A stretch of DNA of 64,000 bases from positions 1,952,001 to 2,016,000 of the forward strand of contig OZ252220.1 in NCBI GenBank assembly GCA_965249135.1. The letters run 5' to 3'. The notes below the pieces were generated by a model, which made no database searches, was not told the DNA's origin, and worked only from the letters and a program-made list of their open reading frames with translations. Shown one piece after another: positions 61,189-64,000 of the stretch; the stretch's first letter is position 1, and each line of letters opens with the position of its first letter. A program made the translations under genes and the position numbers. The DNA comes from Alphaproteobacteria bacterium. GTDB taxonomy: Bacteria; Pseudomonadota; Alphaproteobacteria; GCA-2746255.

Positions 61189-64000
61189 ATGTTAGAGAAA
61201 ACCCAACAAGCACAAACGACCCTCATTGATAGCGTCGTTCAGGCGGCGGCGAAGAAAAAAGAAGGCGGAAAAAATACCTCGCTGGGAAAGTTTATCCGTC
61301 TTTATTTTTCGAACGTTTCGCCTGTGGACCTGGCTGGTTGTTCCATTGACGAACTTTGTTGTGCGGCACTCTCTGTCTGGCGCTTAGGTCAGGAACGCGC
61401 CCCTTGCGAGGTGCGGATTAGGACTTTCAATCCAGACCGTAAAAAAGACGGATGGGAATCCTCACACACAATCATTGAAATCATCAACGACGATATGCCG
61501 TTTCTCGTCGATTCCCTGACGATGGAACTCAACCGTCATGGACTCACGGTGCACCATATCATCCATCCAGTTTTCGAGGTTAAACGTACGAAAGCTGGAA
61601 AACTTTCTCGGATTGATGGACTCGAGGATGGCGGTGACAAAACGACCCGTGAATCCTTCATGCACATCGAGATCGATCAGCAAACCGCGCCCGATTTCCT
61701 AAAGCGCCTTAAAGAAGGGCTGACAAGTGTTTTGGAAGATGTACGGTTTTCAGTCGAAGACTGGATGCCAATGCGCAACCAGATGAATGCGATTATCGAC
61801 GAGCTTAACCAAAAGCCGCCTCCCTTGCCGGCGCACAAGGTTGCCGAGGGAATCGCCTTCCTTCAATGGCTGCTCGACAATCACTTTTCTTTTCTTGGGT
61901 ATCGTGAATACAGCTTGGTGGAGGAGGGGGGGAAGGAATATGTACGCCCGGTTTCCGAATCTGGGCTTGGAATCCTTCGGAAGATGACGCCGGAAGCAAT
62001 TGCCCATAGCGAGCAGGCCCTTCGCCCGGCAATCCAGCGCTTCGCTCACAAGAAGGCCTTGTTGATTGTTACGAAGACAAACGCACAGGCCACTGTCCAT
62101 CGGGCGGCCCATATGGAGTATATCGGGATCCGGGTCTTTGATGCGGATGGCAACGCAGTGGGCGAGATGCGATTCCATGGTCTTTACACTTCCACCGCCT
62201 ATAGCCGAAGCCCGAGAGAGATCCCAATTCTTCGCGACAAGGTTGCTGCCACGCTTGAACGGGCCGGTTTCCTTCCCGCCAGTCACAGTGGAAAGGCGCT
62301 ACTCCACATTCTTGAGACCTATCCGCGGGATGAATTATTCCAAATCTCAAAGCCCGAGCTTCATCGGATCAGCACTGGAATACTCGCCCTTCAGGAGCGT
62401 CGGCGCGTAGCCCTTTTTACCCGCCATGACGTGTTCCAACGTTTCGTTTCCTGTCTCGTTTACCTTCCACGGGACATTTTCGACACCGAATTACGCGAGC
62501 GCATACAGAAGGCTCTTGAGGAATCCTACAAAGGCGAGATGACCGACTACTACACGCAGGTCGGCGATCCGGCCCTTGCTCGTCTTCTATTCATTATTCG
62601 AAGCACGCCCGGGAAGGCTTCAAAAGTTAACGATGCCGATGTTGAACAACGGCTGATCGTGATCGCGCGCTCCTGGGAAGCGGATCTTCGAGAGGTATTG
62701 ATTGAAAGTAGTGGAGAAGAGAAGGGCTTAAGCCTGCTCCGAAAATATGAAAAGGCTTTTCCGCCTTCCTATCGTGAGCATTTCGATACCGGCGCTGCGG
62801 TTGGCGATATAGAGAAAATTTCGAACGTGCTCACAACCGGCGAGCTTGACCTCGATCTTTACCGGCAGGAAGGCGAGGCAGGCAACCAACTAAGATTCAA
62901 GATTTACAATCCCAGTGTACCCGTACCGCTCTCGGATGCCTTGCCCATGCTTGAGAATATGGGGCTTCGTGTTATTGGCGAAGTTCCATTCCAGATTACA
63001 CCGAAGGATGCCGAACCCGTCTTCATTCATGATTTTCGGATGGTGACGCAAGACGGGAGTGAAATTTCACTCGAAAAGGTCAAAGAGAATTTCGAAGAGG
63101 CGTTCCAACAGGTCTGGTGCGATCATGTCGAGGATGATGTTTTCAATCGTTTGGTTTTAATTGCCGGCCTCACCTCACGGGAAGTCGTTATCCTCCGTGC
63201 CCTACATAAATTCCTTCGTCAGATTGGTATTCCATTCAGCCTGGCTTATATGGGCGAGACGCTGGCAAGCAATGCGCATATCGCGCGTATGATCGTTGAA
63301 TTGTTCGCGGCTCTTTTTGATCCGAGGAATCGCAAGCGAGCGGAAGTTCGTACTGTGAAGCTTCGCAATGAAATTGAAGAAGCATTGGACAAGGTTCCGA
63401 ATCTTGATCAGGATCGAATTCTTCGGCGGTTTCAGAACCTCGTCGAATCGACTTTGCGCACAAACTATTTTCAACGGGACGCGGAAGGGGAGCCGAAAAC
63501 TTACGTTTCCTTCAAATTCGCCAGCCAATGCATTGAAGGCCTGCCATTACCGCGGCCGATGTATGAGATTTTTGTATATTCACCGAGAATGGAGGGGGTG
63601 CACCTTCGTGGTGGTCCAGTCGCTCGTGGTGGTATTCGCTGGTCGGATCGGCGCGAGGATTTTCGAACCGAAATATTAGGCTTGATAAAAGCCCAGATGG
63701 TGAAGAACGCCATCATCGTACCGGTTGGCGCAAAGGGAGGTTTCGTGATCAAACGCCCGCCGACGGAAGGTGGGCGTGAGGCGCTGATGACCGAGGTCGT
63801 CGCCTGTTACAAAACGCTCATCCGGGGCATGCTGGACATCACGGACAATCTCAAGGGCGATCAGGCCATTCATCCGTTGGAGACGCTCTGCAAGGATGGG
63901 GCGGATCCGTATCTGGTGGTTGCCGCCGATAAAGGGACGGCAACTTTTTCCGATACCGCGAACGAGCTTTCGCAAGATTACGGCTTCTGGCTTGGGGATG
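61189..64000 (+). CDS. gdhB: Large NAD-specific glutamate dehydrogenase (partial, runs off the window; missing from the ORF track)
   Basis: Hand-translated motifs DDMPFLVDS, YPRDELFQ, EGVHLRGGPVARGGIRWSDRREDFRTEILGL.KAQ.VKNA.IVPVGAKGGF, DPYLVVAADKGTATFSD. Confidence 0.95.
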   Translation, partial: MLEKTQQAQTTLIDSVVQAAAKKKEGGKNTSLGKFIRLYFSNVSPVDLAGCSIDELCCAALSVWRLGQERAPCEVRIRTFNPDRKKDGWESSHTIIEIINDDMPFLVDSLTMELNRHGLTVHHIIHPVFEVKRTKAGKLSRIDGLEDGGDKTTRESFMHIEIDQQTAPDFLKRLKEGLTSVLEDVRFSVEDWMPMRNQMNAIIDELNQKPPPLPAHKVAEGIAFLQWLLDNHFSFLGYREYSLVEEGGKEYVRPVSESGLGILRKMTPEAIAHSEQALRPAIQRFAHKKALLIVTKTNAQATVHRAAHMEYIGIRVFDADGNAVGEMRFHGLYTSTAYSRSPREIPILRDKVAATLERAGFLPASHSGKALLHILETYPRDELFQISKPELHRISTGILALQERRRVALFTRHDVFQRFVSCLVYLPRDIFDTELRERIQKALEESYKGEMTDYYTQVGDPALARLLFIIRSTPGKASKVNDADVEQRLIVIARSWEADLREVLIESSGEEKGLSLLRKYEKAFPPSYREHFDTGAAVGDIEKISNVLTTGELDLDLYRQEGEAGNQLRFKIYNPSVPVPLSDALPMLENMGLRVIGEVPFQITPKDAEPVFIHDFRMVTQDGSEISLEKVKENFEEAFQQVWCDHVEDDVFNRLVLIAGLTSREVVILRALHKFLRQIGIPFSLAYMGETLASNAHIARMIVELFAALFDPRNRKRAEVRTVKLRNEIEEALDKVPNLDQDRILRRFQNLVESTLRTNYFQRDAEGEPKTYVSFKFASQCIEGLPLPRPMYEIFVYSPRMEGVHLRGGPVARGGIRWSDRREDFRTEILGLIKAQMVKNAIIVPVGAKGGFVIKRPPTEGGREALMTEVVACYKTLIRGMLDITDNLKGDQAIHPLETLCKDGADPYLVVAADKGTATFSDTANELSQDYGFWLGD

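Overview
Alphaproteobacterial chromosome segment (Rhodospirillales-like, inferred from the permuted two-piece tmRNA, cpdR, alpha-type sspB and gene order). 1-25.8 kb is housekeeping: cpdR, AsmA, RHH, TfoX, sspB, ssrA, thyX, mrp, hflKC, degP, DUF1015, miaA, ilvIHC, TetR, leuA, mreBCD-mrdA-rodA, tRNA-Lys. At 26.0-27.2 kb is a transposase-less element with 27-bp inverted repeats (IS1595/ISNwi1-type ends) and a perfect 8-bp target duplication; it carries hicAB and a tRNA-Val 3' (att-like) fragment. 27.3-37.8 kb holds an acyltransferase-hydrolase fusion and a LiuR-type beta-oxidation operon. 37.8-51.3 kb is an accessory, partly frameshifted block: DoxX, Cys-rich peptide, rhodanese, ArsM-like methyltransferase, Cys-MarR, a secreted cytochrome P460 with two Cys-rich NPCAAK repeat blocks, DUF3179, GMC oxidoreductase, acyl-CoA synthetase, DUF1329, a Cys-free (heme-less) P460-like paralogue, a His-motif protein and cytochrome c2. 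51.4-61.0 kb is pqqABCDE plus two ABC systems, one PedA1A2BC/Lut-like. From 61.2 kb a large NAD-glutamate dehydrogenase runs off the window end. The best novelty candidates are the P460/NPC-repeat protein with its heme-less paralogue and the hicAB-att mobile cassette. All family calls come from motif recognition by eye; no database searches were run.
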